Assembly: GCA_963514005.1 (NCBI GenBank)
Contig: OY740790.1
Span: 51,832,001 to 51,896,000 of the forward strand
Reading direction: 5' to 3'
DNA length: 64,000 bases
From: Raja brachyura
Lineage: Eukaryota
Both the position numbers and the translations under genes were made by a program. How positions within the stretch are numbered: the first letter of the stretch is position 1; the number at the start of each line of letters is the position of its first letter. The notes below the pieces were generated by a model that saw only the letters and a program-made list of their open reading frames with translations, was not told where the DNA came from and searched no databases. Below, one piece after another: positions 12,401 to 22,747 of this stretch.

Positions 12401-13360
12401 TCAAAGGGAACCCAGTACTGCGTGTCCAAATCCTGGCACCGTGACAACGGGTTTATTGTAGAACTTTGAAAAAGTTTCTTCTCTAGACCACCCTGCGGCC
12501 TCTAAAATTTGATCGAGTGGTACGTCCTGTACCTTCGCCGCGGACGTAGCTGCTGCCCTAGTGGAGTGAGATTTAAACACATCAGTGTCTATTCCTGCTA
12601 GACCCAAAACCTGTTTTAACCATCTAGAAATGGTTTGAACTGAAACTTTTGTATGTGGTTTTTTGTGTGTTATTAATAACGCTTTCTCAGAACCTCTGAG
12701 ACTTTTGGTTACCTCCATGTATTGAGTTAAATGCTTAACTACACACAACGTTTCATCAATAGGATATGCTTTAAACATTACCTTCATTCCAGTTTTCCCT
12801 GGTCTGCTTTGTTTGATCAAGTCATAGACATAAAACACAATGTTATCTGAAGTCACATGCATGCAATCCAACCTTAACAATTGCAAAGTCTGTACTCTTT
12901 GAGCTGATACCAATGCCATTAACATAACCACCTTGAATGTTAAGTTCTGTAAAGACATTGAATTAATTGGAGTCCATTGTTTAAGCAAAGTGAGAACAAT
13001 GCTAACATCCCAAATTTCTGTATATCTGGGCTTGGGAGGATTTTTATTAAAAATACCTTTCATGAATCGGGATACTAATGGGTGAGACCCAACTGAATCT
13101 CGATCCGAAATTTGTCCTAAATAGGATGACAATGCACTCCGAGCACAATTAATGGCACTATAACTCAAATGTTCATCAAAGTGCAACCCAGCAAGGAACT
13201 CCAATACATTTGAAATGTTAGCAGAATGATAAGATATCTTTGACTGTGTACAAAAGGCTTCCCATTTTCTTATATATGACATATATTGTTTTTTAGTGCT
13301 AGTCCTCCAAGCTGCATCTATAACATCCATGGTCCTGTCCGACAGTTCAAACTCTTGCAA
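12401..13360 (-). CDS. DIRS tyrosine recombinase (track start is TTG; first ATG is ACCATGG at 13330)
   Basis: Catalytic set R (SAQRVQ), K (LIKQSR), HxxR (HSTR), W (AAGW), Y (FYNK), plus an integrase core-binding-like N-terminal region. Confidence 0.95.
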   Translation of the reverse strand: MQEFELSDRTMDVIDAAWRTSTKKQYMSYIRKWEAFCTQSKISYHSANISNVLEFLAGLHFDEHLSYSAINCARSALSSYLGQISDRDSVGSHPLVSRFMKGIFNKNPPKPRYTEIWDVSIVLTLLKQWTPINSMSLQNLTFKVVMLMALVSAQRVQTLQLLRLDCMHVTSDNIVFYVYDLIKQSRPGKTGMKVMFKAYPIDETLCVVKHLTQYMEVTKSLRGSEKALLITHKKPHTKVSVQTISRWLKQVLGLAGIDTDVFKSHSTRAAATSAAKVQDVPLDQILEAAGWSREETFSKFYNKPVVTVPGFGHAVLGSL

Positions 13361-13368
13361 TGGTCTGG

Positions 13369-16300
13369 TCAGAACCTGCAGATTAACAAATTCATATGAT
13401 CATGCAATGGATGAATTTCTTTTGTTACTGGTTGTGTCAACAGATTGTCGCAACTGGGAATAACCATACATGGTTCGATAATCATTTCTAGCATCAATGG
13501 GAACCATGACTGTGTGGGCCAATTTGGCACCACCAAAATGCCTTTGGCAGCGTCTTGCGCTATTTTCTTGAGACATTGCCCAATGAGACAGAATGGGGGA
13601 AAAGCATAAAAGAACGTATCCCCCCAGTGTAGCGAGAAAGCATCCACCGCTACTGCCCCCGGATCGTGTTCCCAAGACACGTATTTCGGCAATTGGTGAT
13701 TCAATCTAGATGCAAACAGATCAATGTCCGGTACTCCATACCGACTGACAATATTTTTGAAAATTTGTGGATTTAACATCCATTCTGTATTGTCTTTAAA
13801 TATCCGTGATCTTTTGTCTGCCACAACATTGTTTCTTCCTGGGAGATAAATAGCTGAAAGCCAAATATTTTTTGTAATACACCATTGCCATATCTGGTTT
13901 ACCAGATGATCACATGGAATTGATCTGACACCACCCATGTGATTGATATATGCCACAGCTGTGGTATTATCTATTTGTACTTGGACATGTAAATCCTTTA
14001 ATGAAGAGCAATAAGCTTTTAATCCATAGAATGCTCCCAGTAACTCCAAATAATTAATACCATATGTTTGGAGCAATAAATCCTCTTGGACAGCCCATCT
14101 GCCTCCACAGCTGGTCTCATTGTCCGTAGCCCCCCATCCGAGAGAACTTGCGTCAGTTTGTAATACCACGACTGGCTGATGAACTAAAATGTTTTTAGCA
14201 GCTTGTGGAACATTCTCAATCCACCATTGTAATTCCGATAAAGCTTCCTTAGGCAATTGCATTGGCCTATCAAAATGGCCTGCTCGCTGAATTAGTGCTT
14301 TAGTTTTTGCCCTTTGAAGATTCTGGTAATGTAACCGACCAAATTCTACTGCTGGAAATGCTGCTACCAATTTACCAATACCCTTGGCAACCTCTCGGAT
14401 GGAGGGATAAGGTTTGTTAATCAATTTTTGACATACATCTGTCAAATCTAACTCCTTATTCATTGGTAAAGTTACCAACATGGTGACTGAGTTAATCAGA
14501 AACCCCAGATATTCAATGGTTTGGGACGGCTGTAACTTAGACTTTGTTGGATGGATCAGAAACCCCAACTTCTCCAACAAGCTAATAGTTGCTGAGACTG
14601 ATTCCCCAGCTAATTCCTGATTAGCATTGACAATTAGAATGTCATCTAGATAAGCCATAACGATGTGTTTTTGTGCCCTTAACAGTGCAAGTGCTGGTTT
14701 TAACAATTTAGTGAACAATCTAGGTGCTGAACTTAATCCATTTGGCAAAGCTTTGTATTGCCACAGCTGTCCCATCCATTTAAACTTTAAATACCTGCGA
14801 AAATCATGACGAATTGAGACCGAATAATATGCATCCTTCAAGTCTATTGTAGCCATATAACAACCTGTTGATACCAACTGCATTGCAGTGTAGAAAGTGT
14901 CCATTTTAAAATGTTTATACTGGACAAATGTATTCAAAAAAGTGAGATCTAAAATGATCCTACAACCCCCATCTTTCTTCAGTCTGGGGAAAATGTTTGA
15001 TATAATTTGTTGTGGATCCTCTCCTGTTCTCTCGATAACACCTTTTTTACTCAAACTCTTAATCTCTTTGTCCATTTGATTAACCTCAAACTCGGAGAAC
15101 CTTAAAGGATGACTAGGGTCATACTGTCCCAATGGAACCATACCTTCCACAAAATCAATGGTAGATCCTTGTACAGTGTCTAATACCACACGATCAACTG
15201 TAATATTGTCCCATTCCTTATAAAACATTTGGAGTCTACCGCCAATCTGTGGCCCATCCCAGCATTCCTTTTTTATGGGATAATGTTTATGTACCTCTCC
15301 AGCTGGACGAGATGATCTCCTTTTCCCAAGGAATGGGTGTACATTCGGCTGTGTTGGCTGGAAATTCCTCCTTATCATACTCCTGCCTCGGCTTGTACCA
15401 GCTCCAAAATCAAATCTCTTCCTTGAATAGCCAGACCATCTCTGGCCAAAGTTGAAGGGTCTCATACGACTAAAAGTTTTTGCGTCTTCATCCATTTCTT
15501 TAATTTGTTTAGACAAATCCTCTCCGAACAAAAACCCAGGAGTTTGAACATTGCTTGGTTTACACAATCCTGCAAATCTTGGATGTAACAGAGGTCGAAT
15601 GGCAATCTTCCTCATGCAATTAATCTCAAAAAATGAGTTGCAAAATAAGGCCAACATATGTTTCTGCACTTTGGTCATTCCACAACCTTCCACTTGTCTG
15701 CCAAATGCAGTAATGCCAGCTGAAATCAGCTTGAGGACTCTTTGAAATCGAATTTCCTGCGCCCGCATAATTGATGACATAGGCGCCCAAACAACTGAAT
15801 TCACCGTAGGTACCTTCAATGAGGCACAATTGATCGGTGTTTTATATATTTCTGCTGTCTCAACCATAACAGCCTCTTGAAGCGGGTGAGAGACCATATA
15901 ATTAATATTGGCCGCCAGGTTTTCTTCCATGGCCTCACCGCTTCCTCCAGGTATAGCAAAGTCTTGTGCCACATCAGGCACACCTGGATCCATATATTTG
16001 AATTGTGGTGTGTCCTCCGGACCACAAACACCACTTGCAGGGTCTGTCTCATACAGCCCTGGTACTCCTGAAACTTGTTCAAAGGAGACTTCCTCCAGTC
16101 CATACCCAGGCACTGGGGTTTCAAATTCCCAATTCGAATTGGCACCATATTCACGATATGGAACCCCCTCAGGGGCTGCCTGGGAATATTCTGGGTTCGT
16201 AGACCCTTGGTTGATTATAGTCTGGAGCATTTTCTCCATTTGGTCCATCCTAAGCCATAAGGCCTTCTTTTCTGGACCTTCAGAATCAGAGTCCTCTGAA

Positions 16301-16539
16301 AACCCAGGCCCTGCAGCTTTTCTTTTACTTTTTTGAGGCACTGGGATTTCCTCTACAGTTTCCATTTGTGGAGCAACCAAAGCCTCACTAACGGGTGTTT
16401 CAACGGCCGCCGGTATCGGAACCGGCTCCGCACTAAACTGCTGTCCCGACTCTTCTGCACCCCGGGACGCACGTTTTACCCGCTGTTTCTTGGCCTTCTC
16501 CATTTTATTTTTTCCTCTAACTCCTCCTGGTTTACCCAC
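13369..16539 (-). CDS. DIRS Gag-like + reverse transcriptase + RNase H + Dam-like methyltransferase polyprotein (1056 aa from GTG; first ATG at 16503)
   Basis: RT motifs KKDGGCRIILDL, DLKDAYY, LPNGLSSAP, YLDD. RNase H motifs TDAS, INYLEL, IDNTTA, ADKRSR. MT motifs DIDLFAS and YAFPPF. The N-terminal region is homologous to the Gag ORFs of the other two copies. Confidence 0.95.
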   Translation of the reverse strand: MGKPGGVRGKNKMEKAKKQRVKRASRGAEESGQQFSAEPVPIPAAVETPVSEALVAPQMETVEEIPVPQKSKRKAAGPGFSEDSDSEGPEKKALWLRMDQMEKMLQTIINQGSTNPEYSQAAPEGVPYREYGANSNWEFETPVPGYGLEEVSFEQVSGVPGLYETDPASGVCGPEDTPQFKYMDPGVPDVAQDFAIPGGSGEAMEENLAANINYMVSHPLQEAVMVETAEIYKTPINCASLKVPTVNSVVWAPMSSIMRAQEIRFQRVLKLISAGITAFGRQVEGCGMTKVQKHMLALFCNSFFEINCMRKIAIRPLLHPRFAGLCKPSNVQTPGFLFGEDLSKQIKEMDEDAKTFSRMRPFNFGQRWSGYSRKRFDFGAGTSRGRSMIRRNFQPTQPNVHPFLGKRRSSRPAGEVHKHYPIKKECWDGPQIGGRLQMFYKEWDNITVDRVVLDTVQGSTIDFVEGMVPLGQYDPSHPLRFSEFEVNQMDKEIKSLSKKGVIERTGEDPQQIISNIFPRLKKDGGCRIILDLTFLNTFVQYKHFKMDTFYTAMQLVSTGCYMATIDLKDAYYSVSIRHDFRRYLKFKWMGQLWQYKALPNGLSSAPRLFTKLLKPALALLRAQKHIVMAYLDDILIVNANQELAGESVSATISLLEKLGFLIHPTKSKLQPSQTIEYLGFLINSVTMLVTLPMNKELDLTDVCQKLINKPYPSIREVAKGIGKLVAAFPAVEFGRLHYQNLQRAKTKALIQRAGHFDRPMQLPKEALSELQWWIENVPQAAKNILVHQPVVVLQTDASSLGWGATDNETSCGGRWAVQEDLLLQTYGINYLELLGAFYGLKAYCSSLKDLHVQVQIDNTTAVAYINHMGGVRSIPCDHLVNQIWQWCITKNIWLSAIYLPGRNNVVADKRSRIFKDNTEWMLNPQIFKNIVSRYGVPDIDLFASRLNHQLPKYVSWEHDPGAVAVDAFSLHWGDTFFYAFPPFCLIGQCLKKIAQDAAKGILVVPNWPTQSWFPLMLEMIIEPCMVIPSCDNLLTQPVTKEIHPLHDHMNLLICRF

Positions 16540-17147
16540 CAGGCTACGGAGTTCTGAAACCTCGCCCCAAATTTTGTAAAACTTTCTTACCTGCGGGCCG
16601 GTTCCTTACCGCTGTGTGGAGCTGCGCTCTGCAGCTCTTTCGTTGCCGACAGCGACGACGTAATGCCGTTCCAGCGCCAGGCGGGGTCTTCTTCACGTAG
16701 TCACTCACGTGACTCCGAAGTAAAATACATGATTACAGTTGAACCATCCACTGTGTACAGATGCATGATAAAGGGGATAACATGAATTTCAAGATAAAGT
16801 CCAGCATAGTCCTATTAGAGGTAGCCGAGGGTCTCGAATGAGGTAATTAATAGCTCAGGACTTGTTCTCTAATTATTGGTAGGATGATAGCAACTGGGAA
16901 AAAACTGTCCCTGAATCTGGAGGTGTGCATTTTCACACTTCTATACCTCTTGTCTGATGGGAGAGCGGATAAGAGGCAGCATGAGGTGTAAATGGGGTCA
17001 ATGGGCAGGAGGTTAATTTGTGTGATGGTCTGGGCTGCTTCCACAATTCTCTGCAATTTCTTGCAGTCTTGGATGGAGCTGTTCCCAAACTAATCTGTTA
17101 TACATATCGATAAAATGGTTTCTGTAGGTTGTTGAGTTTTGGAGACA

Positions 17148-17315
17148 TGGAGTAACTTGACAGGTCAAGCAGCATCTCTGGAGAATATGAATATGGGGCA
17201 TTTTTGGTTGATCAACTGAAGAAGGGCCCCGACATGAAACATCATCTTTCTCTCTGTTCTCTAGATGTGCTGATTGACCCGTTGAGTTACCCCAGCACTT
17301 TGTGTCATTTCTGTC
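17148..17315. mobile_element. Penelope-like inverted terminal repeat pair (degenerate)
   Basis: GGAGTAACT...GCAGCATCTCTGGAGA followed by CTGAAGAAGGGCCCCGACATGAAACATC...GAGTTACCCCAGC. Confidence 0.7.
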
Positions 17316-19954
17316 TGTGTTTGTTTGCTAATATGGGAACAGGCTGTAATCCCTCCTTTCTGCCTCTGCTAGAACTACAGAAATGTAGCTATAACTTGAT
17401 TTACTACAACCTCAATGGGAATGAAGGGAAAGGATTATAAATTTGGGTCAGATTTTGGATATGTTGAATCCAATTTTTTTATTACAGGTTCTGGAATGCG
17501 TTTTGAGAAGGATAGTCATGAAAACAGGCCCTTTGGCCCAACACGTCCATGCTGACCAAAATATCCCATCTAAGTTAGTCCCATTTGCCTATGTTTGGCT
17601 CATATTCCTCTGAACCTTTCCTATCTGTGTATCTATCCAAATGCCCTTTAAATGCTGTTGTATACCTGCCTCAACTACCTCCTCTGGCTGCTTGTTGCAT
17701 TAACCACCATCCTCTGAGTGAAGGTTGCCATCAATCAAAAACAAGGTTATTGTTGCTTCTTCTACAAAGGGATCTGTTTAAGGGCAAGCAAGGGTGCAAT
17801 TATTAAAAATCTGAGTAGCTATAAACAGTAAAAAAAAAACAGTGGCACTCTCCAGGTCATCGAGACCAGCAAGGCAGCCTGTATTCTCAAAGAAAGGTCA
17901 AATAGTTTAAACAAAGTTGGATATTCTTCTTTCCTACTCTCATACCAGCTCTCTGGGACACTCTGTGAAAGGTTAAGTTGCATGGGGTGCAATCCCATAA
18001 TAAACAACGAGATAATACTCCAATACCAATACAATCCCTGTGCATTGGGTCTGGATTGGACAGGATACCTTTAAAATATGTCATCTTCTTGCTAAAGAGA
18101 TGCTTTATGTTGCAATTTGATTCATGACATTTAAGAACAGATGAATATAAAAGATTCAGTTTCAGTTTTCCCCTATTATTTATTAATTTTTCCAGACCAC
18201 CCTTGAAGACCTATTGCATTGCCTGCTCAGAAATGGATATGACCTTCAATTCACTAGTTTCCATTCTGTTCTATGGCGCCTTCCCAAAATCACAAAAGGT
18301 CACTTTGTTATATAAACTTCCAGGCCTGGTGCCAAAACGGCACAAAATATTTTCCACAATCTGATGTAGGTGTTTGAGCAACAACAAGACCCCTATTGTC
18401 TGATGTACTCTAACATCATTACGTTCCTCTGGCATACTGTCCTAAGGGAACCTGAATCTCATCATCTGTTACTGGTGTTCACATAAGATACTAAAAATAA
18501 AACGTGAAGTTGTTTTGCGTTACTGTAAATTCCATCTGGCGTACACCTCAAGTCCTGCTCAGCGACTCGTATCTGTGCAATGCATTGGGAGAAAAAGTAT
18601 GCACACTGTACTCCAAATGTTTTGTAAAGACTTTTGGCTCAGAGTATCAGGGGATTATGAAGACAAGGTAGACAGATTGAGTTGAGATAGAGATCTGACA
18701 AGATGTAACTGAATGACAGAATGGATTTGAGGGCCAAATAGCCTAGTCCGGCTTCTGTTACGCTATTCTCTGTGTAAAGTACATTGAGGATTTGGGCCAT
18801 GTTGGACCAGAATCAAAATATCTTACCGCCTTCATCTAGCACTGTGTCATCATCGCTGCTCTGAATCATTAATAGTCAAAGTAGCAGTATATGCCCAATT
18901 GGCCTCTGTCACCCAATTATACAGCACCGGGGTGTAAAAAAACCGCCAGACATTAATGTCAATAAGTAAGTCACATTGAAAAATCATTAACTGCATCGAA
19001 TGCCTTGCAGAAATTCCACAGCACTGTTTAATCAAAAGTGGTTTTAAAATAAAGTGTAGAATTACATAAGTTACACTTGATAGTTTTATTTCCTTTGGAA
19101 GAAGACCAGATTTCAATCTTTAAGATGTTAGTGGTGTTTAATTAGTTTGATTGGAGGTTATATATACACCAAAAAGGATTGTGACCTTGAAACTGTGACA
19201 TTTTGTAATGTGCATTAAAATGGCACTGTGCAAGGGAAGGGAACCTGATTAGTTGTATCTAGGGCCATCGGGGACGATGACTGTGCGGTGGGTACAATTG
19301 AAAGTGTCACGTGTGTAAATAATACTATTAGACAGGTACATGGATAGGACAGGTTTGGAGGGATATGGGCCAAACGCAGGCAGGTGGACTAGTGTAGATG
19401 GGACATGTTGGTTGGTATGAGCAAGTTGGGCTGAAGGGCATGTTTTCAAGCTGTATCGCTCTAAGACTATGACTAATTCCCAGACCTTTATGATGATTGT
19501 GCACATTGACATTTGGATTTGCTTACTATTTATATTCCTATCCATACAATGGCAAGACCTCTTAAAGTGGCATAACTGAACTGGGACAACTGCCGGAAAT
19601 TATGGGATGTCTTTAGGTGACCTAATATTGAGTGCATTGCAGTCTTGCAGCACTAACACTCCATTGCAGATGGACACTGGGAGAGAGGATCAGAACTGTT
19701 AGTGAACCTCCTCCGCCCAAAAAAAAACTGAATGTGTAAAATGGTAAATTACAAGCTTGTGTTCTCTGTTGTATTTGCCTGTACGATTGATCTGAAGAAG
19801 TCAGTTGGCCACTGTGTTTGATCAATTTACTGCAAAATAAGAAAGATTACAAAATAAATTGTACCCTTTAGATTGTTAAAATAATGACATTTCTAAAAAG
19901 GTATTAAAATTCCACGTTTGCTGCAAAATGTATTTCTTCAGATCTTCTTACTAA

Positions 19955-20390
19955 AGGGCCTGTCCCACCAGCATGCGACTCCGTGCGGTGAGCGTGACCA
20001 AACCGGCAGCGGGGGCCGCGCGCAGGTCGGGTGAGTGGCACGAAGTGCACGGTAAGTTCGCAAGGACAGAGGGGGATAGAGAGAGAGAGGGAGAGACATG
20101 AAGGCACTTAGAGAGGGGCACGGAGGCACATATAGAAAGGGTCGTGGAGGCACGACGTCGAGGCGGCGCGCAATGCGTCGCGGCGGCAGCGAGCCGACAG
20201 GCCAATGCCGCGCGGAATTTTTGAACACGGTCAGTTTTTCGGAGCCCCGCGCGATGTCGCGACCAGCTCCACACAACTCTATGCGGCTCCGGCGATCGAA
20301 GTGGGACCGGCCCCGCGAGGCCAGACGGCTCAAGCGACCACGTTAGGTCGCGCTCACCGCATGGAGTCGCATGCTGGTGGGACAGGCCCT
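19955..20390. mobile_element. PIF/Harbinger-type MITE, family A
   Basis: TIR of about 45 bp starting AGGGCCTGTCCCACCAGCATGCGACT; TAA TSD on both sides; CpG-rich. Confidence 0.88.
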
Positions 20391-21131
20391 TAACTTGATC
20401 AAGTTTTTTGGGGATGATGAAGGTGATCGATTAAGATAGGGTGGTGAATGTTGATAAGGTGAAATTCTTTGCTTGCATACCCAGGGTGTGCGGTAGTCGG
20501 CACATGAAGGGCGTTGACAAAGTTACAAAGTACCCCGCGCCAGGTCCACCTTTGTTCTCCCCCCACCGCCTCCCTTCTTCCCCTCCCTCATGGCGGTAGT
20601 CCCACGCCAGATCCGCCATTCTTATTCTCCCTCCTTCATAGTATTCTATCCACGCCGGGTCCTCCTTTGTCCCTCTCTATCTGTGACCAGTGGAGTTCCA
20701 CAGGGATCAGTGCTAAGATCTCTGCTGTTTGTGATATATGTAAATGACATGGACATGGACACATTGGTTAGTACATTTGGAGATTACATCAAGATGGCAG
20801 GAGGTTACGTCCATAACCTCCTGAAAGTGGTAACACAAGTGGATAGAATGGTAAAGAAGGCATATAGTATGTTTGTCTTCATTGGTTGGAGCATTGAATA
20901 TAAGAGTCAGGAAGCCATGATGCATCTTTATAAGATATTAATATTGGTGCATTGGGAGTATCGCACACAGTTCTAGTTCCCCTATTAGAGGAAGAAGGTG
21001 GAGCCTTTGTAAAGGGTGCAGAGGAGGGTAATAACTCCGAGGAGAGGTTGAACAGAATTGAATTGTTTTCTCAGGAATGCCAGGGTTTGTGATGGGTCTT
21101 GATAGAAGCAGATAAAATGATGAGAGATATA

Positions 21132-22747
21132 CAGTGGCATGCAAAAGTATTCATACCCCTTGAACTTTTCCACATTTTGTCACGTTACAACCACAAACGT
21201 AAATGTATTTTATTGGGATTTTATGTGATAGACCAACACAAAGTGGCACATAATTGTGAAGTGGAAGGAAAATTAATACATGGTTTTCAATTTTTTTTCC
21301 ATATAAAAAACTGAAAAGTGTCACATACAAAAGTATTCAGCCCCCTTTACTCTGATACCCCTAAATAAAATCCAGTGCAACCAATTGCCTCCAGAAGTCA
21401 CCTAATTAGTAAATAGAGTCCACGTGTGTAATCTAATCTCAGTATAAAAAGAGCTGTTCTGTGAAGGCCTCAGAGGTTTGTTAGAGAACATTAGTGAACA
21501 AACAGCATCATGAAGCCCAAGGAACACACCATTCAGGTCAGGGATAACATTGTGGAGAAGTTTAAAGCAGGGTTAGGCTATAAAAAAATATCCCAAGCTT
21601 TGAACATCTCACGGAGCACTGTTGAATCTATCATCCTAAAATGGAAAGAGTATGGCACAACTGCAAACCCACCAAGACATGGCCGTCCACCTAAACTGAC
21701 AGGCCGGGCAAGGAGAGCATTGATCAGAGAAGCAGCCAAGAGGCCCATGGTTACTCTGGAGGAGCTGCAGAGATTCACAGCTCAGGTGGGAGAATCTGTC
21801 CACAGGACAACTATTAGTCATGCACTCCACAAATTGGGCCTTTATGGAAGAGTGGCAAGAAGAAAGCCATTGTTGAAACAAAGCCATAAGAAGTCCCGTT
21901 TGCAGTTTGCCACAAGCCATATGGGGGACACAGCAAACATGTGGAGGAAGGTGCTCTGGTCTGATGAGACCAAAATTGATGTTTTTGGCCTAAAAGCAAA
22001 ACGCTATGTGTGGCATAAAACTAACACTGCACATCACCCTGAACACACCATCCCCACTGTGAAACATGGTGGTGGCAGCATCATGCTGTGGGGATGCTAT
22101 TCTTCAGCAGGGACAGGGAAGCTGGTCAGAGTTGATGGGAAGATGGATGGAGCCAAATACAGGGCAATCTTGGAAGAAAACCTGTTAGAGTCTGCAAAAG
22201 ACTTGAGACTGGGGCGGAGGTTCACCTTCCAGCAGGACAATGACCCTAAACATACAGCCAGAGCTACAATGGAATGGTTTAGATCAAAGCATATTCACGT
22301 GCAAGAATGGCCCAGTCAAAGTCCAGACCCAAATTCAATTGAGAATCTCTGGCAAGACTTGAAAATTGCTGTTCACAGACGCTCTCCATCCAATTTGACT
22401 GAGCTTGAGCTATTTTTCAAAGAAGAATGGGAAAAATTTTCAGTCTCTAGATGTGCAAAGCTGGTAGAGGCATACACCAAAAGACTTGCAGCTGTAATTG
22501 CAGCAAAAGGTGGTTCTACAAAGTATTGACTCAGGGGGGCTGAATACTTTTGCACGCCACACTTTTCAGTTTTATATTTGTAATAAAATTTGTAAACCAT
22601 GTATAATTTTCCTTCCACTTCACAATTATGCATCACTTTGTGTTGGTCTATCACATAAAATCCCAATAAAATACATTTACGTTTGTGGTTGTAACGTGAC
22701 AAAATGTGGAAAAGTTCAAGGGGTATGAATACTTTTGCAAGCCAGTG
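21132..22747 (+). mobile_element. Full-length Tc1 DNA transposon, IR/DR type
   Basis: TIRs of about 215 bp with outer/inner direct repeats (CAAAAGTATTCATACCCCT / CAAAAGTATTCAGCCCCCT). TA TSD at 21130-21131 and 22748-22749. The flanks rejoin into a CR1 3' end. Confidence 0.97.
21510..22529 (+). CDS. Tc1 transposase, DD34E (339 aa)
   Basis: Paired-like HTH, GRP linker, ARRKPLL, WSDET, QQDND and 34 residues to the catalytic E. SPDLNPIE is altered to SPDPNSIE. Confidence 0.95.
   Translation: MKPKEHTIQVRDNIVEKFKAGLGYKKISQALNISRSTVESIILKWKEYGTTANPPRHGRPPKLTGRARRALIREAAKRPMVTLEELQRFTAQVGESVHRTTISHALHKLGLYGRVARRKPLLKQSHKKSRLQFATSHMGDTANMWRKVLWSDETKIDVFGLKAKRYVWHKTNTAHHPEHTIPTVKHGGGSIMLWGCYSSAGTGKLVRVDGKMDGAKYRAILEENLLESAKDLRLGRRFTFQQDNDPKHTARATMEWFRSKHIHVQEWPSQSPDPNSIENLWQDLKIAVHRRSPSNLTELELFFKEEWEKFSVSRCAKLVEAYTKRLAAVIAAKGGSTKY

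Larger units (their letters stand above)
11809..16727 (-). mobile_element. Full-length DIRS1-like tyrosine-recombinase retrotransposon (apparently intact)
   Basis: Two uninterrupted ORFs (Gag-RT-RH-MT; YR). Perfect 37-bp ITR 11882-11918/16663-16699. ICR 12037-12149 is complementary to both termini. AATA is present at both ends. Confidence 0.97.
11722..17140 (-). mobile_element. Rex1/Babar-type LINE 3' end split by the intact DIRS (11722-11808 plus 16728-17140)
   Basis: LQRIVEAAQTITQ...SRFRDSFFP and an (AAACT)n tail; the two halves rejoin to match the copy at 63845-64000. Confidence 0.88.

Noticed and set aside
15908-16336. Antisense ORFs within the DIRS and Tc1 elements
   Set aside because: Shadow frames of real coding sequence, not conserved between copies.
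16554-16590. Leader intron in the intact DIRS (GTAAG...TTTCAG)
   Set aside because: Only 37 nt, too short for a vertebrate intron; the donor is kept only as a candidate for distal splicing.
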